Assembly: GCA_964187785.1 (NCBI GenBank)
Contig: OZ076418.1
Location: forward strand, 19,964,001-20,028,000
Reading direction: 5' to 3'
DNA length: 64,000 bases
From: Amphiscolops sp. MND2022
Lineage: Eukaryota
Position 1 is the stretch's first letter; each line of letters starts with the position of its first letter. The notes beneath the pieces were generated by a model. The model saw only the letters and a program-made list of their open reading frames with translations. It had not been told where the DNA came from and made no database searches. Shown here one piece after another: positions 1 to 9,590 of the stretch. A program made the position numbers and the translations under genes.

Positions 1-337
1 GTTGGCAACGCTGAAGACGTCAGTTTCCAACTGGGTGCGCGCATCTTTAAGGCCAACTTCATCGTAATTGGTCATCACCTCGAGCAGAAACCTTCCTACT
101 CGGAGGCAAGTTCCTGCGGATGTAAATTTTCTAGTGGACGTGACTACAATGAAGGTAATAATCAGGGAACCAAAAGCGCCTAAAATTTTCTAGGCGGTGC
201 ATGTGGTATGTGGGCAGGAAGCAGGAAGCATCCTTTGTAGTTTTGGCTGAGGAAGCAGACCTAGGGCTTTTTGAGCGCAAAGGAATACGGGTCAACAAAA
301 AACCCAACAACAAATTGAGTTTCACTTCCGCAACGCG
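1..337 (+). pseudogene. pol: Ty3/Gypsy pol, aspartic-protease-region remnant (5' part of the host element split by the Polinton)
   Basis: Decayed reading resembles the C-half of retropepsins. Sequence is continuous across the Polinton TSD with Gypsy RT-bearing DNA at 11556+ (TTT CAC TTC CGC AAC GCG | ATG GTG CAA CCC). Confidence 0.5.
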
Positions 338-1335
338 AGTAGTATATAAATTGCCGATCCTGATATACCCAGTCATTAACGTAAGCATATTTTCAAGGCA
401 AGTCATCAAAATCTAGTCATTTTTCCCAACTCAAAAATTAACAAAATCAAAAATCACTGAACAAAATTTTTCATTGTAAAATTTTGCCATGAATAAAAAT
501 TCAACTAACCCAATAAGATGCAATGTGTAATCCCTCTAAAGATGTGAAGCCAGCGTTGCTGTGTAATACAAAAATCGAAAATGAATAACTACCGAATGCG
601 CTCAAGTGGAAACACAAGTGCTGGAAAAATAACCACCATTCAACCCATAAATAAGCTAAAAATTCTTGGAAAACTCACATCAGAGAAAAATACCAGACAG
701 TGTACCAGACAGAGCTGTCTAGTATTTTCTAATACCAGACAGAGCTGTCTAGTTTTTTCCAAAGCAGACACAAACAGTTCAGTATTAATTTCAGTATTGA
801 ATTCAGTGTCAGGTTTTAGACCTAATCTTAATCCATGGGAAAAGATAACTTACTTAATACCTCATAGGGAATTGATTTTAGACAATCTCCACAGAAACAA
901 AAATTGTAGATAATCAAAAGTTACACAATTTGTTCTGAATGTTTTTTATATAATCTACCCACTAATTACCAGGTGCCAAAACAGGTGAAAAAAGCGGGTT
1001 TTACCCAATTTCTCGAGACTGACTCATCCCATCGAAATGACATAGGTGATCAATGTTATAGACATAAACAAGACAAATTTTTTCGAAAATGAAATTTTCT
1101 ATAACCCAAACCCAGCAATCAGCACCTGTCAAAACCGGTGTAAAAAATAGGTTTTTCTCTTTTTTCTCGAGACTGGTTGGTTCTGCTGTGAAAAGTTAGG
1201 GGAATAAAAGTTTAGATATCCAAAATATGAACATTTTTTACAGCAAAACTGGCTTCCCATGTCTCGGACAAATTTTCTCATCTTGAACCCACAGATGAGA
1301 AAAATGAAAAATTCCCAATTTTCCGAAAAAAAATT
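338..1335 (+). repeat. Left terminal inverted repeat of the Polinton
   Basis: Reverse complement of ~10551-11549. For example, 901-1063 matches the reverse complement of 10822-10985 with about 2 mismatches. Confidence 0.95.
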
Positions 1336-1403
1336 TGAAAATTTTTGGTTCAACTGTTTTATATATAAAAAAAATTTCTTTGGGGAAACTCAAATCAAAG
1401 AAC

Positions 1404-1514
1404 AAATACCAGACAGTGTACCAGACAGAGCTGTCTAGTATTTTCTAATACCAGACAGAGCTGTCTAGTATTTTCCAATACCAGACACAAACAGTTCAGT
1501 TTTAATTTCAGTAT
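1404..1514 (+). repeat. Third, direct copy of the TIR iteron block (ATACCAGACAGAGCTGTCTAGT repeats)
   Basis: Nearly identical to ~688-800 in the left TIR. An inverted copy lies at ~11095-11195. Confidence 0.85.
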
Positions 1515-1561
1515 CGTTTGATACGTTTTCATGATACAGTTCATGAAAACAAAACTAATAA

Positions 1562-1959
1562 ATGAAATATTTATCATTCAGAGAATTTGTTGAAGGTACG
1601 GACTAAAAAATGAAGCAACTTCTAAAGTAGAAATACACGAAATACTTAATGAAATTAACATCCCAGCTGGAGTGTACTTGAGAGATGATAAATGTTCAAC
1701 CAAATTGGGTATAGTTAATTTACACCCCTCAGTAGGAACACACTGGGTTATGTTTTCAAATCAAAATTATTTCGATCCCTATGGATCTCCACCACCACTA
1801 AACACCAAGAATCAAATTAATGGAGGTACTTGTTCAGAATGTCTAAATAAGAAACATGATAGTTATTGTGCAGCGTATTGTTTGTTTGTGTTATATCTCA
1901 CAAAGTATAATAGGCTTCAAAATTGCAATTTTGTACTATCAGAGTTTCAAACTCAATGA
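1562..1959 (+). pseudogene. Adenain-like cysteine protease (Polinton PRO), frameshifted
   Basis: Motifs GIVNLH..GTHWV, YFDPYGSPPP and DSYCAAYCL in ORF 1672-1959. ATG at 1562 with an early frameshift. Confidence 0.85.
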
Positions 1960-2147
1960 AAGAAAGAAAGTTAAGAGTTATTCAGCTCAATATAAAAAAC
2001 CCAATCAAAATTGAAATCAAAACCTTTCTCAAAAAGTAAGAAAAAACTATCAAGAGATAGGCAAAAAACTATAAACAACATATCCACTAGTGGATTTAAA
2101 CAAATTCATAAAGTTTAAATATACACTTACAATTTTTTTTCCTAATA

Positions 2148-3201
2148 ATGGATCTATCATCTTTTGTAATTTATGTAGTTGTTGGTAAAAAAGAATCTCT
2201 TTTATTGAGTATTGCAAAGACTAATTAAGATATCGTTGAAAAACCTTATCCAAACCTCAGGAAACTCTAGAGTTTGTATTGACTGAACAAAAAGAGTCTT
2301 ATTCATTCGATGTTCCCTTCGAGCTGCCAGAACAATGGTTGATGGGAGTAGCAAGTTTAGATGTATACAACACTGTACATAATATTACCAGTAAAAACAA
2401 CTCATTTGAGATACGTCTAACAGATGAACAAATTGAAAAGATTCGGATTGATACAAAACATAAATTTGGCGTTGAAAATTGTCATTAAAACAAAGAACCA
2501 AATTCCATTAAAATCGTTCATGGTTTAATAAATACCTCATCAAAAAATAAAATGAAACTTTTGAAAAATGATTTTAATTACATTAGGAAAATGATTAGTC
2601 AGTATGAAAGTGAAGACCTTATCAATAAATTTCCAAATTTCGAAATTACTGACATCCCCGTCAGTTATAGATACCTAGAACTAATACTTCAACCTGGAAT
2701 ATATGCACTAACTGATCTCAATACAGCAATACAGCAGAAATTACAATTTTATAACACCACTTATAAAACAAATGGTAAATTTCTTAACATTCAAGCAGAC
2801 ACAATATCAATGAAATCAATTTTAACAACCTAAAATTGGTTTAGGTTTAATTCTGATCTTAACACCTTTTTAGGATTTGAAAACATCAGCTACCCAGTAG
2901 GAGTTCATAAATAAGACAAACCAGTTATGATAACAACCACAGACAAAATTCATCTGAAGTGTGATTGTGTAAATGGTTCAATTGATAATGGAGTTAGAGA
3001 ACAAATACTATTTAGTTTTATTCTTAGTGCTTCTCCTGGATATCAAACTATAAAGGATCGCAACATTATTCTGTATTTTAAAAGAAAAACAACAAAACAA
3101 GACTGGATATTAATCATTTTTTCCAAGAAGTCTCCAACCATAACCCTGTTCAATTCAACCCCGAAACATTAACATTTACAATTCAAATCGTCAAGATTTA
3201 A
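2148..3201 (+). pseudogene. Minor capsid protein / penton (single jelly roll), fragmented
   Basis: Fragments WLMGVASLDVYNTVHNITSKNNSF and IHLKCDCVNGSIDNGVREQILFSF..PGY match the Polinton penton pattern. Several stops and frameshifts. Confidence 0.75.
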
Positions 3202-3250
3202 CATATATGAGAAGCGAGGAACAAAATATTTATTTTTCTCTTTTAAATCA

Positions 3251-3699
3251 ATGAGCTTCAATAAATTTAAAAGTAATTCATTGTGTGTTGGTGGGAAACA
3301 TTATTTCGCTACCATAAATATTCGTGTAGATAATACTCAAAATAAAAAAATGGCATGCCAGTTAAACTATTAGAAGGTAATTGTGTAACGTCTAAAAGAA
3401 ATAAGTCACTTATAGTATCAGATCAAACTGTACAAGAAGAAGGATTGGGTGATTTTTTTAAACATCTAGGAAAAGCTGCTACGAGTACAGCTTCGCTGGC
3501 TTCGCATGTCGGAAAGAAAATTTTGAATCATCCTTGAAGAGCATTAGAGCTAGCAGCAAATATTGGAACTGCAGCAGCAAGTAAAAAGCCTCGAAAGATA
3601 GCTGCAACTGCTCCTGATATCATAAAATTTGTTCATCAAGGAAAAGGGTTGTACCTGGGTAAAATTCAATATTTAAATTTATATTCAAAGCTATTATAA
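3251..3699 (+). pseudogene. Small Polinton protein with a decayed Zn-ribbon-like N-half and amphipathic EGLGDFFKHLGK helix
   Basis: MSFNKFKSNSLCVGGKH..., KLLEGNCVTSKRNKSLIVSDQTVQEEGLGDFFKHLGK, ...ALELAANIGTAAASK. Internal stop and frameshift; function inferred only. Confidence 0.5.
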
Positions 3700-3713
3700 T
3701 CGAAACATAAATT

Positions 3714-4705
3714 ATGTTTTCAATTCATAATCGAGATGATTTAGAAAAGAAAAAAAATTGCAAGAAACAAAATTTCTTCTCCCCCAAGACCGCCTCAAAG
3801 AGAAACTTGGGAAGCAAGACGTTGATTATGATATGGAAGAAGTTTTTGAACCCGTTACTGCAAAGCAGGCTGAAACTACTGAAAACCAGGAACAATTATC
3901 TGAAAAGCAACTACAAACGCTACGTGCTTCTTCTCAAACAATAACACAGGCCATTGGCCAGCAAACCCAAGGGTTTGTACAAGCAATACGAGAATCGAGT
4001 ATTGCATTGAATAAAAATTTACAAAAATCTATTAATGAGGGAATACAAAAATATAATGAAATTACGAATCGTAATAATCAAGTTCTTACTAACCTAGTTA
4101 ATTCAAATACAGTTGATTCTAGTATAGTTGAGACAGTTTCTATTTTGCCTAATGACAAAATTAGAAGTCAATTCAATCTAGAACCCGTGGAAGAATGTTC
4201 AAACTTATTCATAACTAACCTTACCAATCCTCAACAAGTAATAATCAAAGGTTCAACGATGATTTTCCCGAATCGTAACACATATATTATGAATCAGCCG
4301 CGTCTTTCATATTTTATAAGTAATACACAAATAGATAAAGAGATACAAAACGTGAAGCTAATTTATAATTTTTTGAAAGATATGAATTATGATCTGAATG
4401 ATGGAGATAAAAAATCAAGTAGATATACAATAATTAAATATTTATTTCAACCCCAATTTGGAAGTGAATTGGATCGGTATTCCGATCTGCATACACCTAG
4501 CAGGGGTAAATCTCCGATTTATCTCTTCCTTCCATCAGATCCAAATGAGTTAGTAGATCAACTCAAGCTAATCGCGTTAGAAAAGGTAGGAGGTAACGAT
4601 AATCCTATGCTTAGTGAACAAATCATAGCAATTGTTGATAAACTCCTGGAATATGAATGTATTACAACAAACCAACCCCAAAAAATCACAAGCTCCTTCA
4701 GTTAG
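3714..4705 (+). pseudogene. Conserved Polinton protein of unknown function (coiled coil plus C-terminal FLPSDPNELVDQLKL...GGNDN motif)
   Basis: 315-aa ORF 3758-4705 with an upstream ATG (3714) in another frame. The C-terminal LPSDPNEL..L.L....GN motif is typical of Polinton accessory ORFs. Confidence 0.65.
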
Positions 4706-5397
4706 AAAGGATCAGTTTGTGGATTAAAGATCTGGTATTGCGGATTAGATTCATTACAAATCCTATATTTTTTTACCATTTTAATCTTCTAATCTAATCT
4801 TCAACAAATAATCATATTTTTTTCCAGGAGTCTGTGCATAATTCTTTAAATTCATCATAAGACATATCGAAACCAGCTATGTCTCTGTATATACGTTCTA
4901 CATCTTTCAAGGTTTGTTGAAATAAAATTATTATATTCGAATTGTTTCTAATTGTTCTTTTAGGTAAGTCAAAATACGACTGTGATAAACAATAAACATT
5001 TAAATCATTATCTTTTCTTCTAGTACAAAATGGATCTATTAGTTTTTTAACACTATCTAACATATCATCAAACACTACACAACAATTTCGAAAATCTTGT
5101 ATTGTTCTATCTTCTAGATCTTCTTCCACTGAAATGTCTACAATTTTTGTATTCGTATTTTGTTCCGGAGATCTAGATGATTTTTATTTGTTTTTCACTA
5201 TCACACAATTGAATTAATTGTAATTTGCTTAATAACAATTGAGTCTTACCACAAAATAGACGACCAAATGTTAATGTTCTCTTATACAGCAAAGCACCTT
5301 TGGTGTTTTCATAATCATAATTATCATTATTTATAATATTTTCAATATTATTGTTCATAATATTTTCATCATGCGAAGCAAGCTTTGCTGTACGCAA
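4702..5397 (-). pseudogene. A32/FtsK-like DNA packaging ATPase, frameshifted
   Basis: Walker A-like GRLFCGKT, Walker B CVVFDD, decayed TRGRH (TRRKD), LSQSYFDLPKRTIRNN. Its stop codon overlaps that of the convergent ORF at 4702-4705. Confidence 0.9.
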
Positions 5398-5437
5398 AGC
5401 GCTTCAGTATTATCAATATTTATAATTTACTATCATT

Positions 5438-5620
5438 TTAATGCAGCTTCTTGATAAGACATCTCTCGATATGTTTTGATAAATATGTTCTATTGAATTC
5501 CTTATTACAAAATTCACATTTTTTTATACTTGTACTATATATTTTAGAGTTTTTTTTAAACTTACATCTTTTTTTTATTACTACAATCATTGCAAGTTGT
5601 AGTTTCACTATTTTGATCAC
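5438..5620 (-). CDS. Small zinc-finger-like protein remnant
   Basis: CEFCNKEFNRTYLSKHIERC (C2HC spacing); basic and short. Confidence 0.5.
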   Translation of the reverse strand: MIKIVKLQLAMIVVIKKRCKFKKNSKIYSTSIKKCEFCNKEFNRTYLSKHIERCLIKKLH

Positions 5621-5650
5621 AAATTAAACACTTCATTTATTTTGTAAAAA

Positions 5651-5771
5651 ATCACTAAGTCACTAAGCAAATTCACTAAGGGTTTTCTTCTCAATTGTAG
5701 AAAATAAAACTTAGTGAAAATACATGCTCTTAGTGAATTTGTTTAGTGATTTTACTAAGAAAAGCACTAAG
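5651..5771. repeat. CACTAAG/CTTAGTG heptamer array forming an inverted repeat
   Basis: CACTAAG at 5653, 5661, 5674 and 5765; CTTAGTG at 5710 and 5729; variants at 5742 and 5753. Confidence 0.85.
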
Positions 5772-6005
5772 GAATCAAACCCAAAGTTTTACTGTTTTTT
5801 GGTGTAAGTAATTGCCTGATCGAGTATAATTTTCTCAAAGTCCTCTTTACCGGTGTCTGGAATCAGTGGTTGTTGCATCCTTTCTATATAATTAGCTCTT
5901 TCGGATTCATTCACTTTTATTTTATTTTATTACATTACTCAACATAATAATAATACTTAAACCCTTGAAAATGTAATAGTTTGTTTTCTAAATTTGTTAT
6001 AACAT

Positions 6006-6230
6006 TTAGGACAAATATAATACCAACCAAAATGTTAAAATATGAACAAAACTATACATACTAAGATGATAATAAACATTCGATTCATAAATATGCGAAA
6101 AACCTGTGGTATACGAAACCAGCTTTGCTGTACTCCGGTATACACTCGCTCCGGATACAAAGCGCCAGGTATACAGCTTTGCTGGCTCTGTATAATAGTT
6201 TCGCCTTGAAGCTAAATAATCATTATTCAT
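6006..6230 (-). CDS. Small hypothetical Polinton ORF with hydrophobic C-terminus
   Basis: 74-aa ORF with TAAATAAATG start context and a C-terminal YSFVHILTFWLVLYLS stretch. No family recognised. Confidence 0.3.
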   Translation of the reverse strand: MNNDYLASRRNYYTEPAKLYTWRFVSGASVYRSTAKLVSYTTGFSHIYESNVYYHLSMYSFVHILTFWLVLYLS

Positions 6231-6253
6231 TTATTTAGAGAAAATTGTTACAC

Positions 6254-6402
6254 GCGAAGCACCTCCGTAGCCTTCGGTATACAAAGCGCCTCCGGTGCCT
6301 TCGGTACGCGAAGCACCAGCGAAGCTGTACGCGAAGCTCCTTCGGTATGCGAAGCCAGCAAAGTTGTACGCGAAGCACGCAAAGAGCCTCCGGTGCCTTC
6401 GG
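6254..6402. repeat. GC-rich mini-hairpin array (6x GCGAAGC, 4x CCTTCGG)
   Basis: GCGAAGC at 6254, 6308, 6319, 6331, 6349 and 6370; CCTTCGG at 6271, 6298, 6339 and 6396. Confidence 0.95.
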
Positions 6403-6460
6403 CATTATATCACAATATCACAGATTCCTTAAGAAGATTTAAAAATTTCCAATCTATTAA

Positions 6461-7760
6461 ATGAATGAAAAGACGAAAGAAATTGCTAGAGAAACGTTCT
6501 TTTCTGTAACTAAGAAGTTTCAAAGAATTCAAATACAAACTCACTATGAAGATGAGTGTTGGAGTATTGATCTGATAGACCGGTCTAGCTAATCAAAATA
6601 CAATGAACACTTCAAATTTATTTTCACAATAATTGATAGCCATACTAAATGTGCATGGGCATTTCCTCTCAAAGATAAATCGGGAAAAAGTACAACAACT
6701 GCATTGAAAAGTCTTTTTGAGATAGCAAAAAGAAAACCTGATGAAATTTGGTCAGATAGAGGTAAAGAGTTTTATAACAAAACATTTGTTTACTACCTAA
6801 AATAACAAGACATTCAAATTTATTCAACTAATTCATATTTGAAAGCTGTTTTCTTGAACGTTTCAATAGAACATTATTATATCTAAGAAAAGAACCAATG
6901 TATATTGAAGGTAAAGCTTGTTGGCTGAATCATTTGGGAAATGCTTTAGAAAAGTATGATATTCGTGTCCATGGTACACCAATTATGACACCATTTGAAA
7001 TGGTAATTTATACTAATAAACCCCTTCTGAGGGCACGGTAATAAGTTCGAACGCATAAGTTAGAATTTGATATTCGAATGGACTAAGATCGAATTTTCCA
7101 AAAACCGGAACAAGTTCGAATCACTCTGTTCGAATTTGGAACAAACCGCCGTAAGTATAAAACGTGCCTCTGATATTTCCCCACTTCATCTAGTGCCCCG
7201 CGGCCCCTTGGGGCCGCTTATGTTCCCATCTTGCTAAGCGAGATCGAACAGGAGCATAGACCTAGCGGGAACGGAGATCGCAAAGCGATCGTAGTGGGAG
7301 CTGGTCTTTGTGACGGTGAGGGCGAGCGTGCATACACCGGATTTGCCCCACATTAGAAAAGGAAAGTACCGGAAATTTTCTGAGACTTTTACGAAAGGTA
7401 ATACTTTATTCTTGACACACCTGATATGCCCGATATGAAAATTCGAACTTGGTGTCTGGAAACTATTCCTATTCGAACTTATTCCACTAGTTCACATTCG
7501 AACTTAGTAAATCGAACTTATTACCCGAAGCCCCCTTCTGATACCTATTGATAATAAAAATTTGCCCAAATTTTAAGTGGGAGATTTTGTAAGAGTTCCC
7601 GATAAACGCAATTTATATAGTAAAGGTTATACAACAAATTGGAACAGAGAACTTTTTATTATACATAAAATTAACAGAACTAATCCAGTAATTTGTACTC
7701 TAGAAAACAAAAACAACGAACTAATAGAAGGATAGTATTATGAACAAGAACCTTTAAGAA
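6461..7760 (+). pseudogene. Polinton retroviral-like (rve) integrase, interrupted by a MITE
   Basis: WSIDLID, IIDSHTKCAWAFPLKDK, WSDRGKEFYN, ERFNRTL. After removing 7031-7541 the frame resumes as KF*VGDFVRV...KGYTTNWNRELF...IEG*YYEQE. Confidence 0.92.
7031..7531. mobile_element. Non-autonomous TIR element (MITE), MULE-like TSD
   Basis: Ends GGGCACGGTAATAAGTTCGA / TCGAACTTATTACCCGAAGC. CCCCTTCTGA is duplicated at 7021-7030 and 7532-7541. Many subterminal TTCGAA repeats. Confidence 0.85.
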
Positions 7761-7762
7761 AA

Positions 7763-8119
7763 GTGTTCAATTTTAAATCTAACACCGAAACGTCAGAAAG
7801 TATGAATATTTTCCATCAATTTGAGTTATTATACCTAAGTAAAAAATATCAAATCATAAATTTGGTTATAGTGTCGATAGCTTGCAAAAAGATAAAATTG
7901 AGAATCTTCCCATTTTTTAGTGATGAATATTTGTTGGAAAAATACGGAACAGAAATACAACCTTCAGATGGTGTGTATTATTTATCGGACTTAGACTATT
8001 CAACAAGACAAACCGTGTTGAATTGTTTGAAGACAGACCAGTACAAAGATATTGTTGACCTTGAAAATAGAATGAAACTAACCGACACTGAGCTCAATTT
8101 CATACTTTTTAAACAATAA
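7763..8119 (+). CDS. Hypothetical ORF in frame with the integrase C-terminus
   Basis: 118-aa open frame continuing from EQEPLRK-VFNFK; no family recognised. Confidence 0.35.
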   Translation: MFNFKSNTETSESMNIFHQFELLYLSKKYQIINLVIVSIACKKIKLRIFPFFSDEYLLEKYGTEIQPSDGVYYLSDLDYSTRQTVLNCLKTDQYKDIVDLENRMKLTDTELNFILFKQ

Positions 8120-8194
8120 ACATTTGGTTTAGTGTTCGTAAAAGTTGGAAAACCAACGTTTTGAAAACTACTTTGTAAAATTTAAACTATATAA

Positions 8195-8733
8195 ATGAGT
8201 GAAACACTATATCCTTGTTTACGCGAAGTGCATTCAGATGGTTTAGATAAGGGATCTCTTGATATACGATTGAAAGAAATAAATAGTTTTAACAATTCTT
8301 TTCAAATTATAAAAGATATTAAAAATTTTTATAATCATGAAGCTAAAATGTATGAAAAGAAATCTAGAACATATAAAACTATAAACGGATTAATTCAATC
8401 AATTGATGGAGTTTTTTAATATTGCGTGTTTTTTCAACATGTATCACGTTAAGTGTTACCGAAGATGGACTGGTTGCTGTACCCATCGCGAGTGGTATAT
8501 GTGCAGCGGTATGCAAATTCAGTAAGCTTATTGGTGAGTATCTGAAAACAAAAGAACAACACAGTCTTAAAAAAATACACTTGCTGGTAGAACACTACAT
8601 GATTTATGTACACTACATTCAAAATGCTTAGAAGACAATAAAATAGATCTGAATGAATACAACAAACAAAAACAACCATACGATGTGTATACAAACAATA
8701 AAAGTAAATTAATTTCTGAGTTTACTTTTTTAG
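8195..8733 (+). pseudogene. Coiled-coil plus hydrophobic-hairpin protein resembling the adintovirus membrane-active ('GasderminX'-type) family
   Basis: RLKEINSF...MYEKKSRTYK, hydrophobic LSVTEDGLVAVPIASGICAAV, KEQHSLKK, and SKCLEDNKIDLNEY. Frameshifted; family assignment is from remembered pattern. Confidence 0.5.
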
Positions 8734-8859
8734 GATAACATTGTTTAGTAAAAACAATATAAATATAAATTTTAAATATTATTCTTTCCAAAGGTTTGCA
8801 GGCAAACAAAAACAAGTTTAAAACATTTGTTCTATTGTGTTAAGTTTAAATTTTATATA

Positions 8860-9590
8860 ATGAAAATTTTTAATACTATTGCTGATCAAGAAAAAGTAAA
8901 CATATGGTTTAAGTTAAACACTTGCTTTAAACGAAATAATAATAACGCCCCCATTATAAAGAAATAATGGCGTAGATGCTGCAAAAATTGTTATAAAAGA
9001 TATAGGTTGGTATATTCCACACTTTACACCTTGCTTAGAAATTCAACAATATATGATGGATCAGATGAATGAAAATCCAACCGAATTGTACTATATGGAA
9101 CAGAATGTATTTAGCAGAGATGTAATCACTAATAATAATTGGACCTTTGACTTAGGAAATGTTGGAGATCAACACCAACTTTCGTAAAAGTTGAATTTCA
9201 AGCTAGAAATAAAATTGATTCGCAAACACATGATAATGCAATATTTGATAGACTTCCAATTTCTAATGCTGTATGTAAAACAGAATCAGAAAAATATCCT
9301 GTTGACGGAATTGAATTGGACTATGATAGACAACTACCGTGAAGCATATAAAGAAATAGAAAACGTCTATCGATTGCAAACAGACTTACGTATTGAGGCC
9401 ATTTATTGATTTGCATAAATTCAGGACAAAGTAAAATTGTTATGTATTTGCCTTATCCAAACAAAAAGATCATATTGCCAGTCAACCTATTAGATTAGAA
9501 TTTAAATTTAGTGCTGCCCTTAATGTAGCAGACTATACAGCTTATGCCCTGATCCTAACACCTAAGTTGTTAAGTATTAGTAGTGATGGA
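8860..9590 (+). pseudogene. Major capsid protein (double jelly roll/hexon), 5'-deleted remnant
   Basis: C-terminal fragments FDRLPISNAVCK..EKYPVDGIELDYDR, YREAYKEIE and IRLEFKFSAA...YALILTPKLLSISSDG. Only ~730 bp remain. Confidence 0.7.

Noticed and set aside
581-1577. ORFs 581-913, 1129-1353 and 1395-1577 as genes
   Set aside because: They lie in TIR/iteron repeats and translate repeat units; no domain signal.
6245-6442. Arg-rich 65-aa ORF as a viral core protein
   Set aside because: It is a translation of the GCGAAGC hairpin array with a non-ATG start.
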